From Candidatus Hodarchaeota archaeon (lineage in GTDB: Archaea > Asgardarchaeota > Heimdallarchaeia > Hodarchaeales > Hodarchaeaceae): a stretch of DNA of 64,000 nt. Where the stretch lies: the NCBI GenBank assembly GCA_016840035.1, contig JAEOTC010000031.1, positions 1 to 64,000 of the forward strand, written 5' to 3'. Below the pieces are notes generated by a model. That model searched no databases and was not told the DNA's origin. It worked only from the letters and a program-made list of their open reading frames with translations. Positions within the stretch are counted from its first letter, which is position 1, and every line of letters begins with the position of its first letter. Below, one piece after another: positions 40,847 to 51,191 of the stretch. Position numbers and translations under genes: made by a program.

Positions 40847-41425
40847 TTGACAGATAATATAATAGATATCCGATTACACGGTAGAGGTGGACAAGGTGTC
40901 ATGACTAGTAGTTACTTGATAGCAGAGGCTGCACTACTAGAAGATAAGCATGTTCACGCCTTTCCAACTTTTGGTCCGGAGCGCAGTGGCGCACCTATTG
41001 CTGCATTTGCACGAATTTCGGACGAAAAGTTTTACATGAAGACAGAAGTCTATGAACCAGACGTAGTCGTCGTTCAAGACCCCTCACTCCTCAGTCAAAT
41101 TGATGTGACGGCAGGATTACAAGAAGGGGGGTTAGTTTTAATTAACACAAATAATCCCAATAAAGAGGATGTACAGGCTGTAAAACAAAAACGACCCGAT
41201 GCAAAGTTCGCTACTGTTGATGCATCAAAAATTGCAGCAGAAGAAATTGGTTTATCTGTTACCAATACCGCAATCCTTGGTGCTCTATGTAAAGTAACTG
41301 ATAATAAAATCATAAAGCTGAATGTTCTTGAAAAAGCAATAAAAAATCGTTTTAAAGGGAAAGGAGCAATTGCTGAAAAGAATATCAAAGCTATAAACCG
41401 TTCTTATGCGGAGGTTATGATGTAA
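40847..41425 (+). CDS. porC: 2-oxoacid (pyruvate-type):ferredoxin oxidoreductase gamma subunit
   Basis: IRLHGRGGQG, FGPERSGAP, NTAILGA. Confidence 0.92.
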   Translation: MTDNIIDIRLHGRGGQGVMTSSYLIAEAALLEDKHVHAFPTFGPERSGAPIAAFARISDEKFYMKTEVYEPDVVVVQDPSLLSQIDVTAGLQEGGLVLINTNNPNKEDVQAVKQKRPDAKFATVDASKIAAEEIGLSVTNTAILGALCKVTDNKIIKLNVLEKAIKNRFKGKGAIAEKNIKAINRSYAEVMM

Positions 41426-41778
41426 TGCCAGACGTATTACCTACTGATGTAAATGATGATGAATTTAAGAAATGGGTAGCAGAAAAATGGGGATACAAGA
41501 AGCTGCCAATGGCTGGCTCTACTCCGGCTGGTACAGCAAAATTCTTTCGAACAGGAGATTGGGCCGCAAAACAACCAAGATTAATCGTAGAAAATTGCAC
41601 AAGCTGTTTTAAATGCTACTTCTACTGTCCTGATAGCGCAATCACAATGGTTGAAGGTGAAGATGGAAAAGCTCATCCTGAATTCGATATGTATTACTGT
41701 AAAGGATGTGGTGTTTGTGCACATGAATGTCCAGGAAGGAAAGGAGAAAAAGCAATCGTTATGGAGGATTTAAAATGA
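41425..41778 (+). CDS. porD: 2-oxoacid:ferredoxin oxidoreductase delta subunit (2x4Fe-4S)
   Basis: TGDW, CTSCFKCYFYCP and CKGCGVCAHECP. Confidence 0.92.
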   Translation: MPDVLPTDVNDDEFKKWVAEKWGYKKLPMAGSTPAGTAKFFRTGDWAAKQPRLIVENCTSCFKCYFYCPDSAITMVEGEDGKAHPEFDMYYCKGCGVCAHECPGRKGEKAIVMEDLK

Positions 41779-42950
41779 GTAAAATTGCAGTAACAGGCGA
41801 TGATGCAATCGCTCAAGCAGCTAAATTGGTCAATCCTGATGTGGTAGCCGCCTACCCGATTACTCCCCAAACAATTATTGTCGAACGATTTTCTGACTTC
41901 GTCGCTGATGGAGAAGTAGACACAGAATTTGTGTGTGTTGAATCTGAGCATTCAGCCATGTCTGCTTGTATCGGCGCGAGTACAGCAGGTGGTAGAGTAT
42001 TCACTTCTTCCGCAAGCGCAGGTCTAATGTTGATGTATGAGATCATACAGATCGCTTCTTCATCTCGTACTCCAATTGTCTGTGCAGTTGCAAACAGAGC
42101 AATTTCTGGTCCCATTAACATTCACGGAGAACAGACCGATCAACTTCTGTTTAGAGACAGTGGATGGATTAGCCAATTTGCTGAAACAAACCAAGAAGCT
42201 TACGATCAAACAATTATGGCCTTCAAAATCGGTGAACACCCAGAAGTTCTCCTTCCCGTTGCTGTAGGAATTGATGGATTCATTCTTTCCCACGCAATTG
42301 AAGGGATTGAACCCGTAACGAAAGATTCAGTTTATAATTTCCTTGGAGGAGAAAGAAAATCCACTCTTCGCTTGGATCCCGACAATCCAGTGAGTATAGG
42401 ATTATTACATCTTCAGGATTATTATATGGAAGCACGAGCTCAAGTCCGAGATGCCCAGCAGCGCTCAAAGCAAGTCATTATTGATACATTTAACGAATGG
42501 AAAAACCTCACTGGCCGTCAATACAACCCAGTTGAAAGTTACAAAATGGATGATGCAGAATATGCATTCGTTACAATGGGAAGTGGAGCTGGAAATGCTC
42601 GAACTGCCATTGACGAGTTACGTGCCAAAGGTGAAAAGGTTGGACTCATCAAAGTAAGAGTATACCGACCTTGGTTTGGAGAAGAATTTTCAAATTTGAC
42701 CAAAAACGTGAAAGGTGTAATTACAGTTGAACGGGCACATTCATTCGGTAGCCCTGGAGGTATTTTAGGACAAGATGTCAAATCTACCTTATTTGATGCG
42801 AAACAAACCCCCTATGTCGCAGAATATTGTTATGGTCTAGGTGGTCGTGACTGTTTAGTCAAAGAATGGGTAGAAATTTACAATCGGTCAAAACAGAGTT
42901 TCAGCGAAGGTAAGAGCCTTCCATATTTCTGGTGGGGTGTTCGAGAATAG
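41775..42950 (+). CDS. porA: 2-oxoacid:ferredoxin oxidoreductase alpha subunit
   Basis: AAYPITPQT, VESEHSAMS, NRAISGPINI; ATGA overlap with delta. Confidence 0.93.
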   Translation: MSKIAVTGDDAIAQAAKLVNPDVVAAYPITPQTIIVERFSDFVADGEVDTEFVCVESEHSAMSACIGASTAGGRVFTSSASAGLMLMYEIIQIASSSRTPIVCAVANRAISGPINIHGEQTDQLLFRDSGWISQFAETNQEAYDQTIMAFKIGEHPEVLLPVAVGIDGFILSHAIEGIEPVTKDSVYNFLGGERKSTLRLDPDNPVSIGLLHLQDYYMEARAQVRDAQQRSKQVIIDTFNEWKNLTGRQYNPVESYKMDDAEYAFVTMGSGAGNARTAIDELRAKGEKVGLIKVRVYRPWFGEEFSNLTKNVKGVITVERAHSFGSPGGILGQDVKSTLFDAKQTPYVAEYCYGLGGRDCLVKEWVEIYNRSKQSFSEGKSLPYFWWGVRE

Positions 42951-42961
42951 GAGGAATAATC

Positions 42962-43909
42962 ATGCCTACACTAAAAGATTATGCAAAAAAAGAAGTTACG
43001 TTTTCTGGTGGACATCGATTATGTGCTGGTTGTGCAGCTGGATCCATGGCACGACAGGTTACCATGGCATTTGACAAACCAACAGTAATTTGTAATGCCA
43101 CTGGTTGCTTGGAAGTAGCAAGCACAATTTATCCGTTTACCGCATGGGAAGTCCCCTGGTTACATGTTGCATTTGAAAACACATCTGCTGTCGCTAGTGG
43201 TGTTGAAGCAGCATATAAAGCAATGCGTCGCAAACATATGATTAAAGATGAGCATATTGATATCATCGCCTTTGGTGGTGATGGTGGGACTTTTGATATA
43301 GGACTACAATCACTTTCTGGTGCATTGGAAAGAGGACATGACTTTCTCTACATCTGTTATGACAATGGAGCCTATATGAATACTGGTATTCAACGATCAG
43401 GTGGTACTCCCTTCACTGCAAGCACAACCACTTCCCCTGCAGGTACCGTTGTACCAGGTAAAGGTCAATTCAAAAAACCTCTTATGGACATTGTGGTTGC
43501 TCATAGAATTCCCTTTGTAGCAACAGCTGTTCCTGCAGAACCGAAAGATTTGATTGAAAAGGTCAGACAGGGATTAGATGTCGAAGGCCCGGCATTTATT
43601 CATGTAGATGCCTCGTGCACACGTGGACAACGATTTGATCCATCTCTTTCCATCGAAATCACTCGATTAGCGGTCCAGACATGTATTCATCCTCTGTATC
43701 GTGTAGTAAATGGAGAATACACAATGGATCGGCCTAGTCTTCGTATTGCAAATGATCCAAGTAAGAAAAAATCTATTGAGGAATATCTTAAGTCTCAAGG
43801 AAGATTTAGACATCTGTATAAACCTGAAAGACAAGATGATCTTATTAGGATGTTTCAAGAGGACATTGACAAGCGATGGGAAGAAATTAGAACCAAATGT
43901 GGGGTATAA
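42962..43909 (+). CDS. porB: 2-oxoacid:ferredoxin oxidoreductase beta subunit (TPP-binding)
   Basis: GHRLCAGC, ATGCLEV, GGDGGTFDIG, YDNGAYMNTGIQRS; AGGAGG before ATG 42962. Confidence 0.93.
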   Translation: MPTLKDYAKKEVTFSGGHRLCAGCAAGSMARQVTMAFDKPTVICNATGCLEVASTIYPFTAWEVPWLHVAFENTSAVASGVEAAYKAMRRKHMIKDEHIDIIAFGGDGGTFDIGLQSLSGALERGHDFLYICYDNGAYMNTGIQRSGGTPFTASTTTSPAGTVVPGKGQFKKPLMDIVVAHRIPFVATAVPAEPKDLIEKVRQGLDVEGPAFIHVDASCTRGQRFDPSLSIEITRLAVQTCIHPLYRVVNGEYTMDRPSLRIANDPSKKKSIEEYLKSQGRFRHLYKPERQDDLIRMFQEDIDKRWEEIRTKCGV

Positions 43910-44023
43910 AATCTCCCATCAATTTTTCTTTTTTCTACTATCTCCATCTGAGTATAAGTTTTTAACCCCAAAGTGATTATTATATTCGAATTATCCAGAA
44001 TTCGCTAAAATTGAGGGTTTCAA

Positions 44024-44194
44024 ATGGAAACTGATGGTATTTCAGTTCAACAAACTACTACAGGACTTAAACTAGTTTTAGAAGGAGATCTCTATAAATC
44101 AATTGCTGCAAAATGGGAAGAAGGGCAACTTCGTCCTTTTTACACACTTTTAAAAGATTTTATTAAAGCACTTGAAGAATCATATGATGAATAA
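44024..44194 (+). CDS. Small hypothetical protein (56 aa), absent from the ORF track
   Basis: ATG 44024 to TAA 44194, METDGISVQQTTTGLKLVLEGDLYKSIAAKWEEGQLRPFYTLLKDFIKALEESYDE; GAGGG upstream; fills the gap and ends 3 bp from the convergent gene. Confidence 0.6.
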   Translation: METDGISVQQTTTGLKLVLEGDLYKSIAAKWEEGQLRPFYTLLKDFIKALEESYDE

Positions 44195-44197
44195 ATC

Positions 44198-44524
44198 TTA
44201 CCACTCATATGGTGAAGTTCCATCAATGAGTTTTCCTTCAAAGAGAACTAGTATTTCATAGATTTCATTGCAGGCTTCTTGGATCTCCGATGTCAACTCC
44301 TGAGAGGTCTGCAGATTTACAAATAAATTATCATTTTGCCAATCGATACGTAATTTTATCCCTTGACTTTGATAGACGATGTGAAATGTCGGTACTTTTT
44401 CAGAATACTGATATTTTATTTCATTTTCCCGTAGTATACTCTTTAAATCTTCTTTAAAATTGTTCCATTCATTCCTATCATCAAATTTTAAAGTAAAAAA
44501 ATGTGGCTTTACTTGCTCATTCAA
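44198..44524 (-). CDS. Hypothetical protein
   Basis: TTG 44524 overlaps the stop of the upstream hydrolase gene, suggesting translational coupling. Confidence 0.6.
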   Translation of the reverse strand: MNEQVKPHFFTLKFDDRNEWNNFKEDLKSILRENEIKYQYSEKVPTFHIVYQSQGIKLRIDWQNDNLFVNLQTSQELTSEIQEACNEIYEILVLFEGKLIDGTSPYEW

Positions 44525-45881
44525 TGTGTATTCGACTCCTCTTTGTATAGATGAACTTAGCAATTTCCTGTCCCACCTGAGTAGGAGATTCAATGGGAAA
44601 CATGTGCCCTCCAGGTAAAGTTTTATGGTGAAGAAATTCTTTGGGTAGGAGTTTTACCATTTCCTCTCTCAATTCAATGGGGATGAGCTGATCATCTTTT
44701 CCCCATAGACATAGGATAGGCTTCTGAATAGTCTCTAAAGTTGATATATAATCGTATTTTGGTAAAAAATCCCGAAATATATTCGCGTACACCTTGTCAG
44801 GAATGAGAAATGCCTCCTTTATGAACGCTTGGTGGATATCAGAGGAACATGCCTTTGAAAACAAAACTCCGGGTGCCATCTTCTTTACTTGTCCTTTAAA
44901 TGGACCCCAGAGCTTAGTAGGAGGGAGTGCTTTTACCCCATTTCTGAAAGTATTTGGTGCACGATGAAGTCCTGATAGAATCACATACTTTTCGATATTG
45001 GTATATTCTTCTTTCATAAATTCTTCAAAAACAATTGCTGACAAAAGCGAGTGAGCTCCTAAAACTACTTTTTTGTTCTGCGTGAGGAACTCAAGAAGGT
45101 GTTTCAAGTCAACAATATAATCTTTCTTTTTAAATTCAGTATCTTGACTAATTGGAGAAGAAAATCCTCTTATGCCGTAGATAATTACATTAAAATTATT
45201 CTTTGTGAGGGATTTGTTTAGAGGAAGAAAATCTTCCAATTTCCCTCCCAATGGTGACAGTATGATTAAAGAAGTATCGAACCTGTTGGTTGATTGAAAA
45301 TATCGAATCGTCCTACCGTATAGTGATACTTCCTGAACCTCATAACTTTCAGGAGGATCAAGAGATGAGAGAATTTTTGTTCCAAATGATTTGGGTTTGC
45401 TTGTAAAAAGACGAAGCTGAGATGTTACATCATCAAATAGATGTTGTAATTGTTCAACTGGCTTCATTAACAGAGTTGAGAGGGCTGTAAGTATATCAGG
45501 ATCCTGCGATTCTTTCTTTTCTTTTAGTTTTTGTTTATTTTCCTCTTGGAACTTTAGAACATCACTTGAAATGTTTTCGATTTCTGCCAAATTAAAAGAA
45601 AAAAGAGGTTTCATTACATTGGGACTAGTACCGAACGTAAATTCAAGATATTCGTGTTTTTTCAACTTTTTCCTTTTTTCAACATTTCTAATACTCTGTA
45701 AATATTGAATTGGGTAATGTACAAGAACGAAGGGGGCATCTTCAGCTTCTTTTGTCTGTACAGCAAACTCGAGTCTATTTTCCTCTTTGTTTATTCTTAA
45801 AATACCGTGTCGTTTATTCTGAAGACGAGAGTCTCCCTCATGATATGTGGCAAACCACTCATTCTTGTAAGATTTATTCAT
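44517..45881 (-). CDS. Alpha/beta hydrolase with N-terminal PH-like domain
   Basis: YGIRGF, GAHSLLS nucleophile elbow, WGKDDQLIP, GGHMFPIE; N-terminal beta-rich unit closed by one helix. Confidence 0.75.
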   Translation of the reverse strand: MNKSYKNEWFATYHEGDSRLQNKRHGILRINKEENRLEFAVQTKEAEDAPFVLVHYPIQYLQSIRNVEKRKKLKKHEYLEFTFGTSPNVMKPLFSFNLAEIENISSDVLKFQEENKQKLKEKKESQDPDILTALSTLLMKPVEQLQHLFDDVTSQLRLFTSKPKSFGTKILSSLDPPESYEVQEVSLYGRTIRYFQSTNRFDTSLIILSPLGGKLEDFLPLNKSLTKNNFNVIIYGIRGFSSPISQDTEFKKKDYIVDLKHLLEFLTQNKKVVLGAHSLLSAIVFEEFMKEEYTNIEKYVILSGLHRAPNTFRNGVKALPPTKLWGPFKGQVKKMAPGVLFSKACSSDIHQAFIKEAFLIPDKVYANIFRDFLPKYDYISTLETIQKPILCLWGKDDQLIPIELREEMVKLLPKEFLHHKTLPGGHMFPIESPTQVGQEIAKFIYTKRSRIHIE

Positions 45882-45900
45882 ATGTCTAATTCCTTGTTGA

Positions 45901-46242
45901 TCAAAGTAGAGGTATAATACAGAGAAAAATTAGATCACTATTTCCTGTGTTTTCGTAGCCATGAGCTTCATTTGGAGGAACATAAAGTGTATCATTCGCT
46001 TTAATATCCTGCTTAAAACCTGAATCATCAATAACGGATCCTTTTCCTGAAAGAACAAAAATCTCGTGCTCCTCTTTGTGATTATGAATCCCAATTTTAC
46101 CTCCTGGTTGGACAATAAATCGTCGTAATGCAAAATTGGGCACACCATCATCCTTACCCCACAGCCATTGAATAGATGTTCCAATTGAATTATAGATTGT
46201 TATATTTTGTGATTCAATATCGGTACTATCTTTAATCTTCAT
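45901..46242 (-). CDS. Cupin domain protein
   Basis: FALRRF, HNHKEEHEIFVLSG, VPPNEAHGYEN. Confidence 0.9.
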   Translation of the reverse strand: MKIKDSTDIESQNITIYNSIGTSIQWLWGKDDGVPNFALRRFIVQPGGKIGIHNHKEEHEIFVLSGKGSVIDDSGFKQDIKANDTLYVPPNEAHGYENTGNSDLIFLCIIPLL

Positions 46243-46582
46243 ATCAGCGCCTATCCATAATTCTCCTTGCTTGTAGTATTTGTAAAATTTTACACTCCAT
46301 TCAACAAAGGTTTGATGAGGATTTCAAAATTATTAGCTCATTCTTTTTCTACTTTAATAGATTCTTATGTAATTCTAGTCATTGTTTCGGATACTGTTCT
46401 TTCTTGATATATTTAAAGCTTCTTTGCTTGTGTTTTTTGATATCTCTTGTACCTGTTTATGATTCATCTCCCGAAAGAACTTTATTCGGCATAAAAAAAA
46501 GGATTCGTATTCAGGCACAGTAGGTCTTTAAATTCAATCCTACTGTATAGTCTTTAAGATCGTTTAAATTATAATATTCGGA

Positions 46583-49171
46583 ATGAAAATTATGCAACCC
46601 TGGTTTAAAGTTGTTAAACCAAATTCTTTCATTGAATCTCTTGGTAGACAAGAGGATCTACTAGTTGCTGATTTGGGTGATGTTATAGCTGGAACAGCTC
46701 ATCCAATCTATCTTGAGCCTGAGCTCTTCGCAAATTCTACTTACTTTACAAGTGGATTGATTACCTTTCTTGACTCTATTCTTGCTAAAATATCAACAGG
46801 TGAAGGCAATAGCATAATTCGATTACAAACGCGATTCGGTGGAGGAAAAACTCATAGCTTAATTGCGGCTCATCATCTATTGAATGACCAATCCATTTTT
46901 AGGAAACACATATCTCCTATCACTTTAGAGCATGAACCGCGTATTGCTAGAATTATAGGAACCCATCTCAATCCCATAGAAGGTCGTAGAGTAAAGGATA
47001 TTCAGATCTACACTCCCTGGGGAGAACTTGCATACCAATTAGGAGGATCTGAATCTTACGCGAAAGTCCTAGAAAATGACCAAAGCCGTATCTCACCGGG
47101 AAAGACCGTACTATTAACACTTTTTTCAGCAAACAACCCTACTGTGATATTATTGGACGAAATCACGGAGTTTATCGCAAAAGCGAGGGGAGTAAAAGTC
47201 AATGATTCAAATTTGGGTCTTCAAACACTCATATTCTTACAAGAATTAACTGAATGCATTCGATCGTTAAATAAATCAATTTTAGTAATAACTCTACCTG
47301 AAAGAGAGTATGAAATTACTGAGGGGAATGATAAACCCGTTCTCATTGAAATTGATCATATATTAGGGCGAATTGATTCACTAATCGTTCCTTCGGAGCG
47401 ATCTGATTTATATCAAATAATCAGGAAGAAATTAATCAAAGAAATCATCGATAGTGAGGCATTAATACAAATTGTTGATAGTTATACTGAATTCTATTAT
47501 CAGAACAGGAAGGAATTTCCAACTTTCTCTGTAGAAAAATCATATCGATCTCAGTTAAGAGACGCATACCCCTTCCATCCTGCAACAATTGATTTATTAT
47601 TTGATAAATGGAATAAACTACCTACATTTCAGGGTACACGGACAATCTTACATGTGTTAGCAAGAACCTTGTTCGAGCTGGATCATGCAAATAATAATTT
47701 GTTATTGATTAAGCCTACAGATTTTCTTCTTCTAGAAAATTCATGGAAAGTCCTTTTTTATCGTCATCTTCCAATTAAATTAACAGAAGTTCTAAAACAT
47801 GAGATAAACATATTTGAAACCTTCATTCGTTTGGAACACAAGCCTAAAAACTGGTTAGATCTAGGTAAAATGATTATATTTTCAATTTTCTTGAATTCAG
47901 TCCCCTCATTGGATGATCGCGGGATTTCTTTGCAAGAAATATGCCTAGCCACCTGGGGGCCTGATAAAGAATTGGTACTTATCTTGGAAATATTTAGTTC
48001 ATTATTACAAAACCAGGAATACCTTCACCAAAGGGATAATAAAAATTACATATCAGAAGATACGAATTTTAATCATAAAGTTACAAATCTGAAAAATAAA
48101 GTTGAATCTGATGCCTTAATAGAAATCAAAAACACCTTGAATTCACAGAAGAGAAATCAATCTATCGAGGTTTATGTGTGGCCAAAATCGTCAGATGAAA
48201 TCCGTGACAGTCCGAATTTGAAGCTCATTCTATTATCACCAGCTCTCCAAGATATGGATTTAAAGACCTGGGTCAAGTTGAAAGGAGACAAATTTCGTAA
48301 ATATCAAAATACGATGCTATTCAGCAGACTTCATTCCCATAATTTCCATCAACTAAAGGAACTTACTCAGAAGAAAATTGCTATTAAGCGAATAAAAGAC
48401 GAATCCAAAATTGAGGATTTAGACAAGAAAAGTAAACTGAAACTAAACTCAAGAAAGGTTGAATTAGAAAATGGAATAGAGTATTTTCAAAATCGAATTT
48501 ACTTGGAATTCTCTGATGGTAATCATAATTATTTTCTTCATCCTCCGAAACATTCTAACACGTCGATTACAAGATGGATGATTCAACAACTAATTGAAAA
48601 CGAAGTAATTGTCAATAAAATTCATCCACTTTATATCAAAGACAACTTTCTTAAGAAAGATGGAAAAATTAATACACACAGTATTCTAAATCAATTCTTG
48701 AAAAATATAGATTTTCCTAAACTATTGAATAGGAATATCTTACAAGATTCTCTATCCAAAGGAATAAAGGAGAACATATTCAAGTTTGAAGTTATATCAG
48801 ATACAAAATCTGATTCAAGTTCACCTCAAGAAACTCCAATGGACTATGTTATCTCATTCACAAGAAATGAAATAATAAGAGCGCCAAATCAACATCTTCA
48901 ATCGTCTGTTGAGACAGACATAAAAAAAGACGAAAAAAGTCAACAGATAGACAAGAACCGTATAACTTTAAGTTTTCAATCTCTAGACTCAAAAAAAATC
49001 CAACAAATTAAGAAAGGAATAGTCGAACCTTTAGAAACAGAGGAAGGGGATTTTAAGATTGATATAACTTTTAGAATATCCAATCCAGAGAATCTGAAGA
49101 ATAAATTGACCCTACACCTGATTAAAGAAACAGTCAATCAACTCGAAGGAGAAATTACGGAGGAAGAATAA
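46583..49171 (+). CDS. DUF499 family AAA+ ATPase
   Basis: PWFKVVKP, LQTRFGGGKTHSL, TPWGELAYQLGG, ILLDEI, YPFHP, FQGTR. Confidence 0.85.
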   Translation: MKIMQPWFKVVKPNSFIESLGRQEDLLVADLGDVIAGTAHPIYLEPELFANSTYFTSGLITFLDSILAKISTGEGNSIIRLQTRFGGGKTHSLIAAHHLLNDQSIFRKHISPITLEHEPRIARIIGTHLNPIEGRRVKDIQIYTPWGELAYQLGGSESYAKVLENDQSRISPGKTVLLTLFSANNPTVILLDEITEFIAKARGVKVNDSNLGLQTLIFLQELTECIRSLNKSILVITLPEREYEITEGNDKPVLIEIDHILGRIDSLIVPSERSDLYQIIRKKLIKEIIDSEALIQIVDSYTEFYYQNRKEFPTFSVEKSYRSQLRDAYPFHPATIDLLFDKWNKLPTFQGTRTILHVLARTLFELDHANNNLLLIKPTDFLLLENSWKVLFYRHLPIKLTEVLKHEINIFETFIRLEHKPKNWLDLGKMIIFSIFLNSVPSLDDRGISLQEICLATWGPDKELVLILEIFSSLLQNQEYLHQRDNKNYISEDTNFNHKVTNLKNKVESDALIEIKNTLNSQKRNQSIEVYVWPKSSDEIRDSPNLKLILLSPALQDMDLKTWVKLKGDKFRKYQNTMLFSRLHSHNFHQLKELTQKKIAIKRIKDESKIEDLDKKSKLKLNSRKVELENGIEYFQNRIYLEFSDGNHNYFLHPPKHSNTSITRWMIQQLIENEVIVNKIHPLYIKDNFLKKDGKINTHSILNQFLKNIDFPKLLNRNILQDSLSKGIKENIFKFEVISDTKSDSSSPQETPMDYVISFTRNEIIRAPNQHLQSSVETDIKKDEKSQQIDKNRITLSFQSLDSKKIQQIKKGIVEPLETEEGDFKIDITFRISNPENLKNKLTLHLIKETVNQLEGEITEEE

Positions 49172-49194
49172 GTTAAAATTAATTCATCGGGCTC

Positions 49195-51027
49195 TTACTT
49201 TTCTTTTTTAGAATTAGAATTAAAATGAAGAAAAATCTTCTCCCCAGTCGAACGGTTGATAGTTTCAACTTGACAGAGCTCTTCAACGCTCGCACTTTTA
49301 ATTCTCTCAATACTCCCAAAATGAGATAACAAATTCTTTCTTCTTTTTGCACCTACTCCAGGAATATTATCCAGTTCAGATTTCTGTTGTAAAACACGCC
49401 GTTTTTTATGATAAGAAACCGCAAAACGGTGTGCTTCATCTCGGGTTTGCTTCAATAATCTCAACGCAAGACTATCGATTGGAAACAAAACAGGTTTTCT
49501 TTTTTGAGGTAGGAATACTTCTTCCTCCCTTTTTGCTAATCCGATAACTGGAATTGTTAACTTAAAGGACTTTAATATTTGTCCGATCGCGTTTACCTGT
49601 GGTTTTCCCCCATCTACAACAATTAAATCAGGTAAATCTTTTGCAAACGTTTTATCCTTGTGTTTCAATCTACGATTTAATACCTCTCGCATCATTGCAA
49701 CATCATTTGGTTCAGGAGGCAAAGTTTTTATTTTAAACTTTCGATACTGAGATTTATGCGGCACTCCCTCATAGAAAACGACCATTGATCCCACAGGTAA
49801 CTGACCTTGTAGATTAGAAATATCGTATGTCTCAATTCTTGTGGGTAGATCCTTTAAGTCGAGTCGAGTTTTTAGCTCTTTTAAGGCATTTTTCTTGATT
49901 TCTAACTTGGTTTTCGCTTTTCGTACCTGTTCACCAAGCTGAAACCGTTTTTTCAATACTATTGGTTTAAACATTTTACGTTCTTGAATTTCAGGAATGT
50001 TGTGAAGTTGTATGGTTATACCTTGTCTTTTAGACAACCATATTTCAAGAGTTTCTTGTTCATCACTGATATCTACAGATGATTCGATAATTGGTGGAAT
50101 AAAATCGGAGTCAAGATAGAAATTCTTGATGTAGCTTTTTACTATCTCAGCTTCTGAAAGAGAACTCAACTGACCCCAATTACGTTCATCTATATTAATT
50201 ATTTCGTTGTCTTGAATCCAAAAGTTGAGTAAAAGATAGTGATCATCCTCAGAGATGAGGATTACTACATCTTTAGCCCTCGGAATTGCCAAGGTCTTCT
50301 GGGAAGCAATTGTCCTTTCAATTTGAGAAATTCTGTCGCGAATTTTGGCTGCACCTTCAAAATTCAGCTTTTCGGATAGAGAATTCATCTCATTATATAA
50401 TATCTCTAATAGATCCTCTCTTTTGCCTTGAAGAAATAGAACTAGTTCGTTAACTATCTGCTGATAATCATCAAGAGAGATATTTCCAACACATGGAGCA
50501 CTACACCTCTTAATTGAATAATCTAGACAGGCTTTTTTCGTTCTAAAACAGTAAGTTTTATTAGCAACAGGGAAAATACGACGAAGGACTCTTACAGAAG
50601 ATCTCAATGCTGTAACATCTTTTTTCCTTCCAAAAAACCAATCATATGAATTTAAAGGACTACGTACAATAAAAAGGCGACTAAATTTCTCATTTTCTGA
50701 AGGAATCGTGATTTGTACCAGAGGATAATCTTTATCATCTTTCCAGTCAATATTATAACGCGGGTGATAAATTCGAATTAGATCCCGCTCACGAATAAAT
50801 GCTGCTTCGCTTGATTCATGGATCTCATAGTCAAATGATTTGATATTGGCAACAAGCTCACGAGTTTTTCTATCTGGAATATCACGTCTAAAATAGGAGC
50901 TAACTCGCTTTTTCAAATCCTTAGCTGCTCCTACATAAATTACTTTACCTGAATCATCTAGCATGAGATAAACCCCGGGAAGATGGGGCAACTTTGCTAA
51001 ATCAGATTGTAAAGTTGAACTTTCCAC
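49195..51027 (-). CDS. uvrC: Excinuclease ABC subunit C
   Basis: GIY-YIG (PGVYLM, IYVGAAKDL), UVR domain FEGAAKIRD, RIETYDISN, PDLIVVDGGKPQ, RDEAHRFA, HhH GVGAKR. Confidence 0.96.
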   Translation of the reverse strand: MESSTLQSDLAKLPHLPGVYLMLDDSGKVIYVGAAKDLKKRVSSYFRRDIPDRKTRELVANIKSFDYEIHESSEAAFIRERDLIRIYHPRYNIDWKDDKDYPLVQITIPSENEKFSRLFIVRSPLNSYDWFFGRKKDVTALRSSVRVLRRIFPVANKTYCFRTKKACLDYSIKRCSAPCVGNISLDDYQQIVNELVLFLQGKREDLLEILYNEMNSLSEKLNFEGAAKIRDRISQIERTIASQKTLAIPRAKDVVILISEDDHYLLLNFWIQDNEIINIDERNWGQLSSLSEAEIVKSYIKNFYLDSDFIPPIIESSVDISDEQETLEIWLSKRQGITIQLHNIPEIQERKMFKPIVLKKRFQLGEQVRKAKTKLEIKKNALKELKTRLDLKDLPTRIETYDISNLQGQLPVGSMVVFYEGVPHKSQYRKFKIKTLPPEPNDVAMMREVLNRRLKHKDKTFAKDLPDLIVVDGGKPQVNAIGQILKSFKLTIPVIGLAKREEEVFLPQKRKPVLFPIDSLALRLLKQTRDEAHRFAVSYHKKRRVLQQKSELDNIPGVGAKRRKNLLSHFGSIERIKSASVEELCQVETINRSTGEKIFLHFNSNSKKEK

Positions 51028-51191
51028 TCATATCAAATCCAATTAGATGTTTTTAGGGTGCATCCTTAGAATTTATTGGTTTTTGCTTAAGTGTGTGAAA
51101 TGATATAAAATATAAGAGGCAAACCCTCATTTCAATAAATGTCTCCTCCCCCTCAAGTTAAGCTTAAAACACTCTCTAACAACAAGAAATA

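Noticed and set aside
46243-46582. Remnant of DUF499 partner genes upstream of the ATPase
   Set aside because: Only very short frames with no methylase or helicase motifs.
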